Virus record (IMG/VR): IMGVR_UViG_3300025598_000021
Source of the DNA: a virus
Reading direction: 5' to 3' (one strand)
DNA: 64,000 nt
The notes below the pieces were generated by a model, which searched no databases, had not been told where the DNA came from, and worked only from the letters and a program-made list of their open reading frames with translations. Positions within the stretch are counted from its first letter, which is position 1; the number at the start of each line of letters is the position of its first letter. The position numbers and the translations under genes were made by a program. Positions 16,948-26,233 of the stretch are shown piece by piece.

Positions 16948-18785
16948 TGAAGTATTTCATCGGTGAAGTCAGAAGTCTAAAAGACCCATGGCAGTCCGGA
17001 AGAATTCAAATAAGAATATACGGCTTTCAAGACGACGAGCAGAGCACTAAAGACGAGCATCTCGCTTGGGCGCTACCTCTACAACCAATAACTTCAGCAG
17101 CTACGCGCAAGATCGGCAAGTCGCCAACAGGCATGATCGTAGGATCCAGAGTAATGGGATTCTATATGGACGAGGAGCATCAGCATCCCGTCATACTCGG
17201 AACGTTCGCGCGCGCCGGTAAATTAAAAGATGAGCAGAAGAATACCGGCGCTAATAACGACATCGATAATAAGTACAACGACGTTCCTACTCACGCATTA
17301 GATAATCCTGATCCTCCACTTAACCCGTTCTCGATACTAACAAGATCATCTTCGTCTGACTCACAGAACCTGTTCAAGCTAACGCCAGACGCTTCTGAAT
17401 ATAATAAAGCAGATTATAAGTCTAGTGAAGATGGAAAAGAACTAACAGGCGAGGCGAAGAAGAAGTATTCTAGTACTGCAGAACTTCCTACGACTGCTAG
17501 TGTGAGTAAGAATAAAGCCTCTGATATATTCAGCATGCTTCAGTCTATAGACCCTAGCAATAAAAGCGGAGCCCTACTACAAGCGCCACAGAGTATTCAA
17601 CGGCTATTACAACTGTCCAATATGACTAGCATGAGTGGCATAAATGGCTTGACAGGAATGGGTATGGGTGGGGTACTCGGTCAACTGTCAAACCAGTTTG
17701 GTCTTGGACAGATCACAGGCATGCTCAGCGGTATGCTCGGTGGATTGATGAGTGGATCGGGTGGTGGAGGCGGTGGTGGCGGTGGAGGAGGTGCCGGACT
17801 GGGTTCGCCTCAGATCGGTGGCGCTGATGGTAACTACTATACGTACTACGTTCCACAGACTATTGGTCAGGTGGCTGCCACAGTCGCTGATATTTTGAGC
17901 ATGGTAAGTAATACAGTAACACAGAGTTCTCAAATAGCTAGTCTATCAGATTACGATAAAGAAGCTTTGTATACTGCTCTACTTGATCTTATGGACAGGG
18001 TCGATATAACTCCAAATTATACTACGACTGTTACTGCAAACGTTTCAGCTAACGCGTTCTACGTTACGACTCCACCATTCAGCGGGATCACACCTACAGA
18101 AATCATCAACGGTGTTCCTGTGTCTGTAGTAACAACAGTGACTCCATTAAATCCTGCAGTGCTACCTGGCGCGTTGATTGACATGTCTGAAGTTCCTAAT
18201 AGCTACTTTCAGGTGTTCACATACTCAAGCACGGATCCATATCCTGGTTATATTGAGTGGGAAGGTCCAAATGGAGAGATAGTGTTTACTCCTAGACCGC
18301 CGAGTCAACCATATGCCGCGACGCCAAACGAAGACGCAGTGAACGCGGGAATTAATATATTACTAGACGATCTGACTAAACTCGTAAAGGTAAATCAGAC
18401 TACCCTAGTGGCGGTCACAGGTCTACTCACAAACGCAAGATCTGCAGTGCAGTACCAAGGCAACCAACACTCACTCGGCAATAATTCTAATATGAATATA
18501 ATGGGAATGCTCATGCAGCTACTAGGTCTGCTTGGTCAGTTGATCCAGCAGTCGCAGCAGCAGCACCTGCCTAAGTCTGTACTAAACCAGGGTAAGATGC
18601 AAAAGACTCTAGAGAATGCCTCAAAGCAGATGGGTTATGCAAAACAGAAAAAGAATTTAGCGTCCGCAGCAGTTAAGACTAAAAATCAAAAACCAACAAG
18701 TAATTTTAATCCACAAAATATACAAAGTTTCTTAGACAATATAAAATCAAATAATTCAGCCGGATCTGGAAATCCAACAGCATGA
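16947..18785 (+). CDS. 5: Central spike gp5 N-terminal OB-fold part with long low-complexity extension
   Basis: FIGEVRSLKDPWQSGRIQIRIYG...LAWA...GSRVMGFYMD...PVILGT; no T4 lysozyme domain seen. Confidence 0.82.
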   Translation: MKYFIGEVRSLKDPWQSGRIQIRIYGFQDDEQSTKDEHLAWALPLQPITSAATRKIGKSPTGMIVGSRVMGFYMDEEHQHPVILGTFARAGKLKDEQKNTGANNDIDNKYNDVPTHALDNPDPPLNPFSILTRSSSSDSQNLFKLTPDASEYNKADYKSSEDGKELTGEAKKKYSSTAELPTTASVSKNKASDIFSMLQSIDPSNKSGALLQAPQSIQRLLQLSNMTSMSGINGLTGMGMGGVLGQLSNQFGLGQITGMLSGMLGGLMSGSGGGGGGGGGGGAGLGSPQIGGADGNYYTYYVPQTIGQVAATVADILSMVSNTVTQSSQIASLSDYDKEALYTALLDLMDRVDITPNYTTTVTANVSANAFYVTTPPFSGITPTEIINGVPVSVVTTVTPLNPAVLPGALIDMSEVPNSYFQVFTYSSTDPYPGYIEWEGPNGEIVFTPRPPSQPYAATPNEDAVNAGINILLDDLTKLVKVNQTTLVAVTGLLTNARSAVQYQGNQHSLGNNSNMNIMGMLMQLLGLLGQLIQQSQQQHLPKSVLNQGKMQKTLENASKQMGYAKQKKNLASAAVKTKNQKPTSNFNPQNIQSFLDNIKSNNSAGSGNPTA

Positions 18786-19711
18786 CGTCAGCTAATACCA
18801 ACCAGAAGCTACCGAACACCGATATCCAAGTGACGTATCCTTGGGCGTCTGTAGAGCAGACGATGTGTGGTCATGAGCACATCTGGAACAACACGCCAAA
18901 CAACGAGCTAATTAGAGTCGCTCACCAGATCGGTACGTTTAAAGAGTGGGGTGCAGACGGCGCTGAGAGAAAATTAGTAGCTAATACTTCGTATAAGGTA
19001 CACGCACAGGGTAAGTCTGATTCCACCGAAGGTCCTCGTGATAATATGTATGCGTCTTCTCTTAGACGCATCATATTTGGCGGAGACCACACCGAGGGCG
19101 ATAAAGATTCAACGTCAGCGTTTAAAGGAAACCTGCTCCATTTCACTGGACTAGAGAAGCACGAGTATCAAGGCTCGGGTGATATCTATAAAGGCGGTCA
19201 AGACGATCACGTCATGCACGTCGGGTCTGATTCAAATACGACCAGTCATCACGCTTATAACGCCGGCGATCAAACGCAGTGGACAGGCGGTAACTTCTAT
19301 AGTCAAGTGGCTGGTGAGTTTGGACTATATCTTCCTGGCGGCAACATGGACATGCAGCTGGACAAAGGTCAGTATAGACTCGCGGCGCAGGGAAACGTCC
19401 AGGTAATATCTAATTCGACTATAAATACTAATTCTAGTTCTGATACGAATATGACGTCAAATGCTAAGTTTGTAGTCAGCTCTTCAGGACAGATGAATTT
19501 AACGAGTAATTCGTCTATATCTATAACCGGTCAGAATGATATTACTATTACTTCACAGTCTACTATTACGTTGAAAGTTGGTTCTGCATCTATTAAAATA
19601 ACTAGTTCTGGTATTACTATCGACGCCGGCGGTGGTAACGTTGATATTAAGGGTCATCCGACAAAGATCAACGGTGGCGGCATGTCTTCACCACCAGTCA
19701 CATATCCATAG
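18782..19711 (+). CDS. gp5 C-terminal beta-helical spike part (separate gene)
   Basis: YPW...GHEHIWNNTPNNELIRVAHQIGTFKE, then short beta repeats ending ITLKVGSASIKITSSGITI. Confidence 0.75.
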   Translation: MTSANTNQKLPNTDIQVTYPWASVEQTMCGHEHIWNNTPNNELIRVAHQIGTFKEWGADGAERKLVANTSYKVHAQGKSDSTEGPRDNMYASSLRRIIFGGDHTEGDKDSTSAFKGNLLHFTGLEKHEYQGSGDIYKGGQDDHVMHVGSDSNTTSHHAYNAGDQTQWTGGNFYSQVAGEFGLYLPGGNMDMQLDKGQYRLAAQGNVQVISNSTINTNSSSDTNMTSNAKFVVSSSGQMNLTSNSSISITGQNDITITSQSTITLKVGSASIKITSSGITIDAGGGNVDIKGHPTKINGGGMSSPPVTYP

Positions 19712-19719
19712 GGACAAAA

Positions 19720-20148
19720 ATGGCAGTCACAAGAGCAGATACCTATACTTCTTCAAAGCAAAAGAAGATATTCTTTTCAGACTTTCTGGACTCGTTTGCC
19801 GCGTCTCCATACGGTGGAGCCTTAGCGATAACGCAGAATGAAAATTCTGTGAAACAGTCTGTAAAGAATCTAGTACTAACGAACGTCGGCGAGAGACTGT
19901 TTCAACCTAACATTGGAACTAACGTAAATAGAAGCCTGTTCGAGCCTAACGACGCGATCACTCAGGTAAACCTGCAGCTGTTCATCGAGAACACAATAAA
20001 GAACTATGAGCCTAGAGTGAACAACCTATCTGTCTCTGTAGTTCCATCAGACGAGCAGAACTACCTAAAGATAAACATTATTTTTTCTGTAATAAATAAT
20101 CCTAATACTCCAGTTAATCTCACAATAAACCTAAAAAGAGTCAGATAA
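19720..20148 (+). CDS. 25: Baseplate wedge gp25
   Basis: SVKQSVKNLVLTNVGERLFQPNIG...IKNYEPRV. Confidence 0.93.
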   Translation: MAVTRADTYTSSKQKKIFFSDFLDSFAASPYGGALAITQNENSVKQSVKNLVLTNVGERLFQPNIGTNVNRSLFEPNDAITQVNLQLFIENTIKNYEPRVNNLSVSVVPSDEQNYLKINIIFSVINNPNTPVNLTINLKRVR

Positions 20149-21981
20149 ATGGCCGCAAATAGTAGTCTTAATCTAACATCGCTTGACTTTGATACTCTAA
20201 AGAGTAACTTCGTTACTTTCTTACAGTCGCAGAACACATTTAAAGACTACGATTTCTCTGGCTCAAACATGAACGTCCTACTCGACGTCATGTCTTACAA
20301 CAGCTTCTTAAACTCGTTCTACCTCAACATGGTAGCTTCTGAGATGTTTCTTGATTCAGCTCAGAAATTAAACTCTGTCGTGTCTCACGCTAAAGAGCTG
20401 AACTATCTTCCGCAGTCTAACAGATCTTCAGTCGCGTTCATTGGATTCACTATCAACGCCACTGGAATAAGCGGTAGCTTTTCTATTCCAAAAGGCGCGG
20501 TGTTCGTAGGGACTAATTCTAATGGTACATACGCATTTACGACTGCTGAGAATACTACTTATGTATCACCAAATAGTACTTTTACTGTCGCTAATCTCGC
20601 TATCTATGAGGGTACGTTCGTAAACGACTCATACATCGTAGACTATACCAATCCTACACAGAGATTCATCCTCTCTAATCCAAACATCGACATCACCAAC
20701 ACGAGTCTGTCGGTGTCCGTATCACAGAACAACGGTCAGACTAATACGATATTCAATCAGGTATCTACACTCTACAACCTCAATTCTAATTCTAACATAT
20801 ACTTCTTGCAGCCGGCGCAGAACGGTCAGTACGAGCTGGTATTCGGTGACGGCGTGCTCGGTACGATTCCTCAGAACGGCGCTGTAGTAACTGCTAACTA
20901 TAGAATAGCACACGGGCCTGAGGCTGACGGAATATCAAACTTCACGTGCAGCCAGAATCTAGGCACGTTCAACGGTGGGCAGGCGACACTCTCTACTATC
21001 GTCGCTTCTTCTAATTCTTCTTCAGGCGGTCTTGCAGAATCGATAGAAACTATTAGATTCAGAGCGCCTCGATACTTTGCGACTCAGCAGAGAGCCGTCG
21101 CGACTGACGACTACGCCTCTCTCGTCCTTTCACAGTTTGGCGGTGAGATCGCAGACGTTAATGTATACGGCGGTGAGACTATCACGCCTGCACAGTTCGG
21201 CAAGGTCGTAGTCTGCGTCAAGCCAAAGGGTGTGAACAACCTCATCGCTCCTGACTATCTAAAAAACAGTATCGTTAGCTACCTACAGAACTATACTTCA
21301 GTCTCCACGAGAGTGCTAACGTCTGATCCAGACTATCTCTATGTAAAAGTAAACAGCACCGTCCAGTACGACACCACACTAACTAGTCTTTCACCATCTG
21401 ACATCTCCAGCGCCGTGCTACAGACTATTATAAACTACAGCAACACTAATCTCGGCATATTCAACAACGACTTTAGATATAGTAGATTCGTTAACGATAT
21501 CGACAACACAGACGTGAGTATAGTCAGTAATGATACTTCTGTGATTTTAGAAAAACGATTCTCGCCTACACCCGGCGTAGCGACTACGACCGTTCTTGAG
21601 TTCAACAACGCAGGTGAGAGAGAAGGCACGTACTACGGAAAGACTTATCCGGACGAACCTACTGTATACTCTACTTCATTCACTTACACTGACTCTCTAG
21701 GTAATGAGTATACTGACTCCTATCTAAGAGATGACGGCAACGGAAACATAATAGTCTATACAGTAAATAATAATAACTTCGTTACTATAAATTCAAACGT
21801 CGGAAGCATAAACTACGATACCGGCTTAGTCACTATAAACAACGTCATGCTTAACTATACCGGAACTTATATCGCTGTATACTACATGCCAGTCAGTAAA
21901 GATTTATATGCCAGTGTAAATAAGATTCTACTCATCGATCCAAATGACGTAATCATCAGCGTCATAAAGAAGCAAAACTAA
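20149..21981 (+). CDS. 6: Baseplate wedge gp6
   Basis: LDFDTLKSNF...FKDYDFSGS...EMFLDSA...QQRAVATDDY. Confidence 0.95.
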   Translation: MAANSSLNLTSLDFDTLKSNFVTFLQSQNTFKDYDFSGSNMNVLLDVMSYNSFLNSFYLNMVASEMFLDSAQKLNSVVSHAKELNYLPQSNRSSVAFIGFTINATGISGSFSIPKGAVFVGTNSNGTYAFTTAENTTYVSPNSTFTVANLAIYEGTFVNDSYIVDYTNPTQRFILSNPNIDITNTSLSVSVSQNNGQTNTIFNQVSTLYNLNSNSNIYFLQPAQNGQYELVFGDGVLGTIPQNGAVVTANYRIAHGPEADGISNFTCSQNLGTFNGGQATLSTIVASSNSSSGGLAESIETIRFRAPRYFATQQRAVATDDYASLVLSQFGGEIADVNVYGGETITPAQFGKVVVCVKPKGVNNLIAPDYLKNSIVSYLQNYTSVSTRVLTSDPDYLYVKVNSTVQYDTTLTSLSPSDISSAVLQTIINYSNTNLGIFNNDFRYSRFVNDIDNTDVSIVSNDTSVILEKRFSPTPGVATTTVLEFNNAGEREGTYYGKTYPDEPTVYSTSFTYTDSLGNEYTDSYLRDDGNGNIIVYTVNNNNFVTINSNVGSINYDTGLVTINNVMLNYTGTYIAVYYMPVSKDLYASVNKILLIDPNDVIISVIKKQN

Positions 21982-21985
21982 TAAT

Positions 21986-24529
21986 ATGCAATTCGATATA
22001 GAAAAATATATCAGTCCACTAATCCAGTCGCAGTTCCCTGCTTTCTACGAGGCCGAGGGTCCTAACTTTATACTATTCGTAAAAGCGTACTATGAGTGGT
22101 TAGAAGAAGACGGAAACGCAGTAGGTGAGGCTAGAAACCTATTCGACTATAGAGACATCGATAACACTCTTACTGAATTTCTATCACACTTTCAACAGAA
22201 GTATCTATACGGTATACCGTTTAACGTAATCGCTAATAAACGACTGCTTCTTAAACACATATTTGACGTATATCGATCAAAGGGATCGCTACAGTGTTAT
22301 AAGCTATTATTTAGACTTATCTACAACGAAGACATAGATATCTATAATCCAAGCTACGATATCTTTATTCCTTCAGACGGTACGTGGACTGAACCAAAGT
22401 ATATTGAAGTTAACTATAGCCCACTGTTGAAGTCGTACGTCGGTCAACAGGTCGTCGGTCTCAGCTCCGGCTATACGGCGGTCGTCGAGAGCGTCGTTCA
22501 AGAGCCGATCAATAAGAATATAGTCTATACGTTAAATCTTTCTAACATCAAGCCGGTAAAAGCTGAGTTTATCATCGGCGAGAAGATAGTTCTTGCGAAT
22601 CAAAACGTATCCGCGGAAGACATCGTTGCGGCGCCAAAAGTTCTTGGTTCTCTCAACTCTATTCAAGTAATCAACGGCGGCCAGGGATTCAACGTCGGCG
22701 ATATTCTGGCGATCGCACACACCGACATCAGCACCGGTAACGTAATATCATACGGCATCAACGGCTCTGTTAGAGTAAGTAGTCTCTCACGCGGCTTTGG
22801 CTCTATCAACTTCGATATCACCTCTGGTGGTTTTGGATACACCACTAACTCTCTATCTTTTACGTATCCATATTTCTCCAACTCATTTGCGATAACAGCA
22901 AATACCAAAGGCTTTGATAATACTCTCGATACAATCAGCATACCAAACGCTAATACTTACTTAGCGGTGAACACGCAGGTATACTACGAAGTACCAAATG
23001 GAAACACCGCGATAGCAGGTATGGGAGCGAACGTCAACTACTACGTGGTAGCATCAAACAGCTCTACCGTTACTCTATCTAGCACTCTAGGTGGTGGTCC
23101 TGTCAACATTACGGACACTAGAACTACTAACCCAGCAGAAATTCATTATCTATACATCGGTACTCCAATCAAGGATCACCAGAGCAACGGCGTGCAGGTC
23201 GGTGCTAACGCGTCGTTCTCTGTCGGCGCTCTTACTTATGTACAAGAGCTTTCATATAATACAGATCTGATATGCGACTACTATAATAATCAGTTAAATG
23301 CTCTGACATTCAACTTTCCTATAAGTTTTGCTGGAAATATATCTGCGAACTTAAGCGACTGTCTGTCGTTTGATACTAATTATTTTGGATCTATATCATC
23401 GCTCACGAACCTAAACACCGGTAACAACTACGCACAGCAGGCGTACGCTACTGCAGCGGCTACACAACTCTCTAACCCTCTTCCCGGTACTGTAACATAC
23501 GCGCCCACTGCAAACGTGGTGCAGGGTGTCGGTACTGCATTCACCTCATACTACTCAAACGGCGACGTTATCGTCATCAGGGCGAACGCCGGCTTCGCAT
23601 ATACTGAAGAAGCGATCGTAATCAAACAGGTCGTGAACGACAACTACATCGAGCTCTGGGGTCCACCGACATACGCGTCTGCTCCTACCGCACAGTATAA
23701 AATGGCGCCGCAGATCATACTATCACAGTTTACGTCTTATGATCCAGTCATAACTTCAGCTGTTAATTTCTCTAAGAGTCTTGCTGCAAAGATAACGGCG
23801 GCGCCTTCTATTGGTGCTAACGTCGTTAGTACAGTTGGACCGGTTAATTCTGGTAAGGGTTATGTAGACACTGAGTTCGTTACGCTATATCTGACAAGAG
23901 GTATAACGACTCCGACTGTATTAGTCGGTGGTTCTGGATACGTAACAGGCGATCCTCTAATCATCACCGGCGGCGGCACGACGTCGCAGGCTAGAGGTAC
24001 TATCATAGCTGGCTCCAACGGAGCTGTCGTTGGAACGACTCTAACCTACGCAGGTTCTGGCTACACGACGATACCATTCATAAGCGTTAAATCAAAGAAC
24101 GGCAAGGGCGCTGCTCTGACGACTACGATCTCCGAATTCAACACTCTCAGCCAGGTGACTGGAAGAGTGACGAAGTCAGGAACCGGTAAAGGACAGGGAT
24201 ACTGGTCTACATCTAGGAGCTTCCTAAGCGCTGATAAATATCTACAAGACAGCAACTACTATCAAGCCTTCTCTTATGAGATACAGGTACCTCTTACACT
24301 CGATAAATATAAAGATATCTTATACAATACTTTCCACGTAGCTGGAACTCGGCTTTTCGGTAAGTTTTCTGACACGATGGTTGAAACTGAACTGTTTGTT
24401 CCAGTATTTGAGAGCACGAGTCCAGAAATCACGTTGATAACAGACGAGTTACTAAACAACGTCATACCTGATATTCTCGAAACAGAAGACGTCCAGGGTG
24501 ATCTACCAATTCAACAAGAACAGAATTAA
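21986..24529 (+). CDS. 7: Baseplate wedge gp7-like
   Basis: IQSQFPAFY...FVKAYYEWLE...YRSKGS; C-terminal LQDSNYYQAFSYEI...HVAGTRLFG. Confidence 0.8.
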   Translation: MQFDIEKYISPLIQSQFPAFYEAEGPNFILFVKAYYEWLEEDGNAVGEARNLFDYRDIDNTLTEFLSHFQQKYLYGIPFNVIANKRLLLKHIFDVYRSKGSLQCYKLLFRLIYNEDIDIYNPSYDIFIPSDGTWTEPKYIEVNYSPLLKSYVGQQVVGLSSGYTAVVESVVQEPINKNIVYTLNLSNIKPVKAEFIIGEKIVLANQNVSAEDIVAAPKVLGSLNSIQVINGGQGFNVGDILAIAHTDISTGNVISYGINGSVRVSSLSRGFGSINFDITSGGFGYTTNSLSFTYPYFSNSFAITANTKGFDNTLDTISIPNANTYLAVNTQVYYEVPNGNTAIAGMGANVNYYVVASNSSTVTLSSTLGGGPVNITDTRTTNPAEIHYLYIGTPIKDHQSNGVQVGANASFSVGALTYVQELSYNTDLICDYYNNQLNALTFNFPISFAGNISANLSDCLSFDTNYFGSISSLTNLNTGNNYAQQAYATAAATQLSNPLPGTVTYAPTANVVQGVGTAFTSYYSNGDVIVIRANAGFAYTEEAIVIKQVVNDNYIELWGPPTYASAPTAQYKMAPQIILSQFTSYDPVITSAVNFSKSLAAKITAAPSIGANVVSTVGPVNSGKGYVDTEFVTLYLTRGITTPTVLVGGSGYVTGDPLIITGGGTTSQARGTIIAGSNGAVVGTTLTYAGSGYTTIPFISVKSKNGKGAALTTTISEFNTLSQVTGRVTKSGTGKGQGYWSTSRSFLSADKYLQDSNYYQAFSYEIQVPLTLDKYKDILYNTFHVAGTRLFGKFSDTMVETELFVPVFESTSPEITLITDELLNNVIPDILETEDVQGDLPIQQEQN

Positions 24530-24541
24530 TAGTGAGAATCT

Positions 24542-26218
24542 ATGGGAAATATACTACCCGGCTTTAAAGCTAGTATCGTAAACGATCTAATAACTAACAT
24601 CACGTCTGGTACTGACTCACTATACGCGTTTGCGTCTAATCCAGTAGCAGTTGCAAACGGTGGTGTTAACGCTCAACACTACGGCGATTATGATATGTAC
24701 TTTAATACCCTATGGACCATGACCATGGGTAAAAAGCTATCTAATAACGACGTCAAAGCGATGATCGTCAACAACCCATGGGTCAACAACCAAGTATACG
24801 CTCGCTACGACAACAACTCAAACGTGTATGCAGAAGCCGCTGGCACCTATACCAACACTAACTTTTATGCGGTGGTCCCTCCTGGCACTTACGGCGGTGG
24901 TTATAACATCTATATCTGCATCGATAACAACGGCAATTCTAACTCCACAGTCACGCCGACGCAGGTACAGCCTACGACGTTCCAGACTAGCGACGGATAT
25001 CTTTGGCGATACATAACGACTGTCAGCGCGGTAGATTATACTAGATTCACTTCTACCACGACTCCGATTGCGACTTTAGACAACACCGCGGTCAGCGTCG
25101 TTGGAAACTATATACCTGTATATCCAAATACGACTATATCTTCTGGCGCTTTCGTATACTCAGGCGTAGACGTCGTGTCTCTAATCAATTCCGGAAACGG
25201 ATACATCAGCTATCACGATGGATACGTTCGCGGTATCGTGAACTCAACTGTTATTCAGATCGAGTCTTCTTCTACAGATCCTCTCAACCCTCCGTCTGTC
25301 GATAAAGACTTCTATACTAACAACGGTATCTATATCTATAATACTACTACGGCCACGTCTCAATACTTTGGAGTAGCAGGATACCTGTCAAACACGATCG
25401 GCGGCGTACAGGTCAACCAGATAACCCTCGACGCACCTGCTAACACATTTAACATTACTCCTGGTGTAACACAGTATAAGATCTCTCCAAAGATAGTATT
25501 CCAGACTGATGGAACGAGAGACCCTGTAGCGTACTCTGTAATTAACACGACTTCTAATTCTATCAGCAACGTCGTCATCATCGATCCAGGTTCTCAGATC
25601 ACCTGGGCCAACGTAACGATTCAGAGTAATACAAGCTATCCTAATACTTCAAGCGGCACGAGAGCGAGTGCGTATGCGATCGTTCCACCTCCGGGTGGTC
25701 ATGGATATAACATCTATCGCGAACTAAAAGTTTCTGCTATAGGGTTCGCATTTAACTTTGCGAACAACGAGTCTGGAAACGTAGTAACTACAGGCACCTA
25801 TAATAAGATCGGCATAATGAAGAATCCTTATGCTAGTAACTTAACCACGAACAGCGTAGCCACTACGATAACTCGAGGTTCTCTCTATACTAACGCCGCG
25901 TTCAATCAGGTACTAATTGCAAACGTCACATCACAGGCTACTGCGTTTACGGTTGGATCGCAGGTATCAGGTATCACCAGCGGTGCGCTCGGCGTAGTGA
26001 TGTTCTCTAACAGCACGCAGATCGGGATAGTCGGCGATAAAAGCTTCATCCAACAAGAGACTATTACCGATGGAACTCATACGGCCAATCTTTACTATAT
26101 AAATACATATGGTAACATATACGCCAAAGACTGCGACGTCCTCTATACACAGAATATCAGCGACGTCGTTCGATCAAATAGCCAGACAGAGAGCTATAAA
26201 CTAATAATCCAAGTCTAA
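24542..26218 (+). CDS. 8: Baseplate wedge gp8-like
   Basis: YICIDNNGNSNSTVTPT...TSDGYLWRY...PPPGGHG...RSNSQTESYKLIIQ. Confidence 0.85.
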   Translation: MGNILPGFKASIVNDLITNITSGTDSLYAFASNPVAVANGGVNAQHYGDYDMYFNTLWTMTMGKKLSNNDVKAMIVNNPWVNNQVYARYDNNSNVYAEAAGTYTNTNFYAVVPPGTYGGGYNIYICIDNNGNSNSTVTPTQVQPTTFQTSDGYLWRYITTVSAVDYTRFTSTTTPIATLDNTAVSVVGNYIPVYPNTTISSGAFVYSGVDVVSLINSGNGYISYHDGYVRGIVNSTVIQIESSSTDPLNPPSVDKDFYTNNGIYIYNTTTATSQYFGVAGYLSNTIGGVQVNQITLDAPANTFNITPGVTQYKISPKIVFQTDGTRDPVAYSVINTTSNSISNVVIIDPGSQITWANVTIQSNTSYPNTSSGTRASAYAIVPPPGGHGYNIYRELKVSAIGFAFNFANNESGNVVTTGTYNKIGIMKNPYASNLTTNSVATTITRGSLYTNAAFNQVLIANVTSQATAFTVGSQVSGITSGALGVVMFSNSTQIGIVGDKSFIQQETITDGTHTANLYYINTYGNIYAKDCDVLYTQNISDVVRSNSQTESYKLIIQV

Positions 26219-26233
26219 CTGATGGAAGAATAA

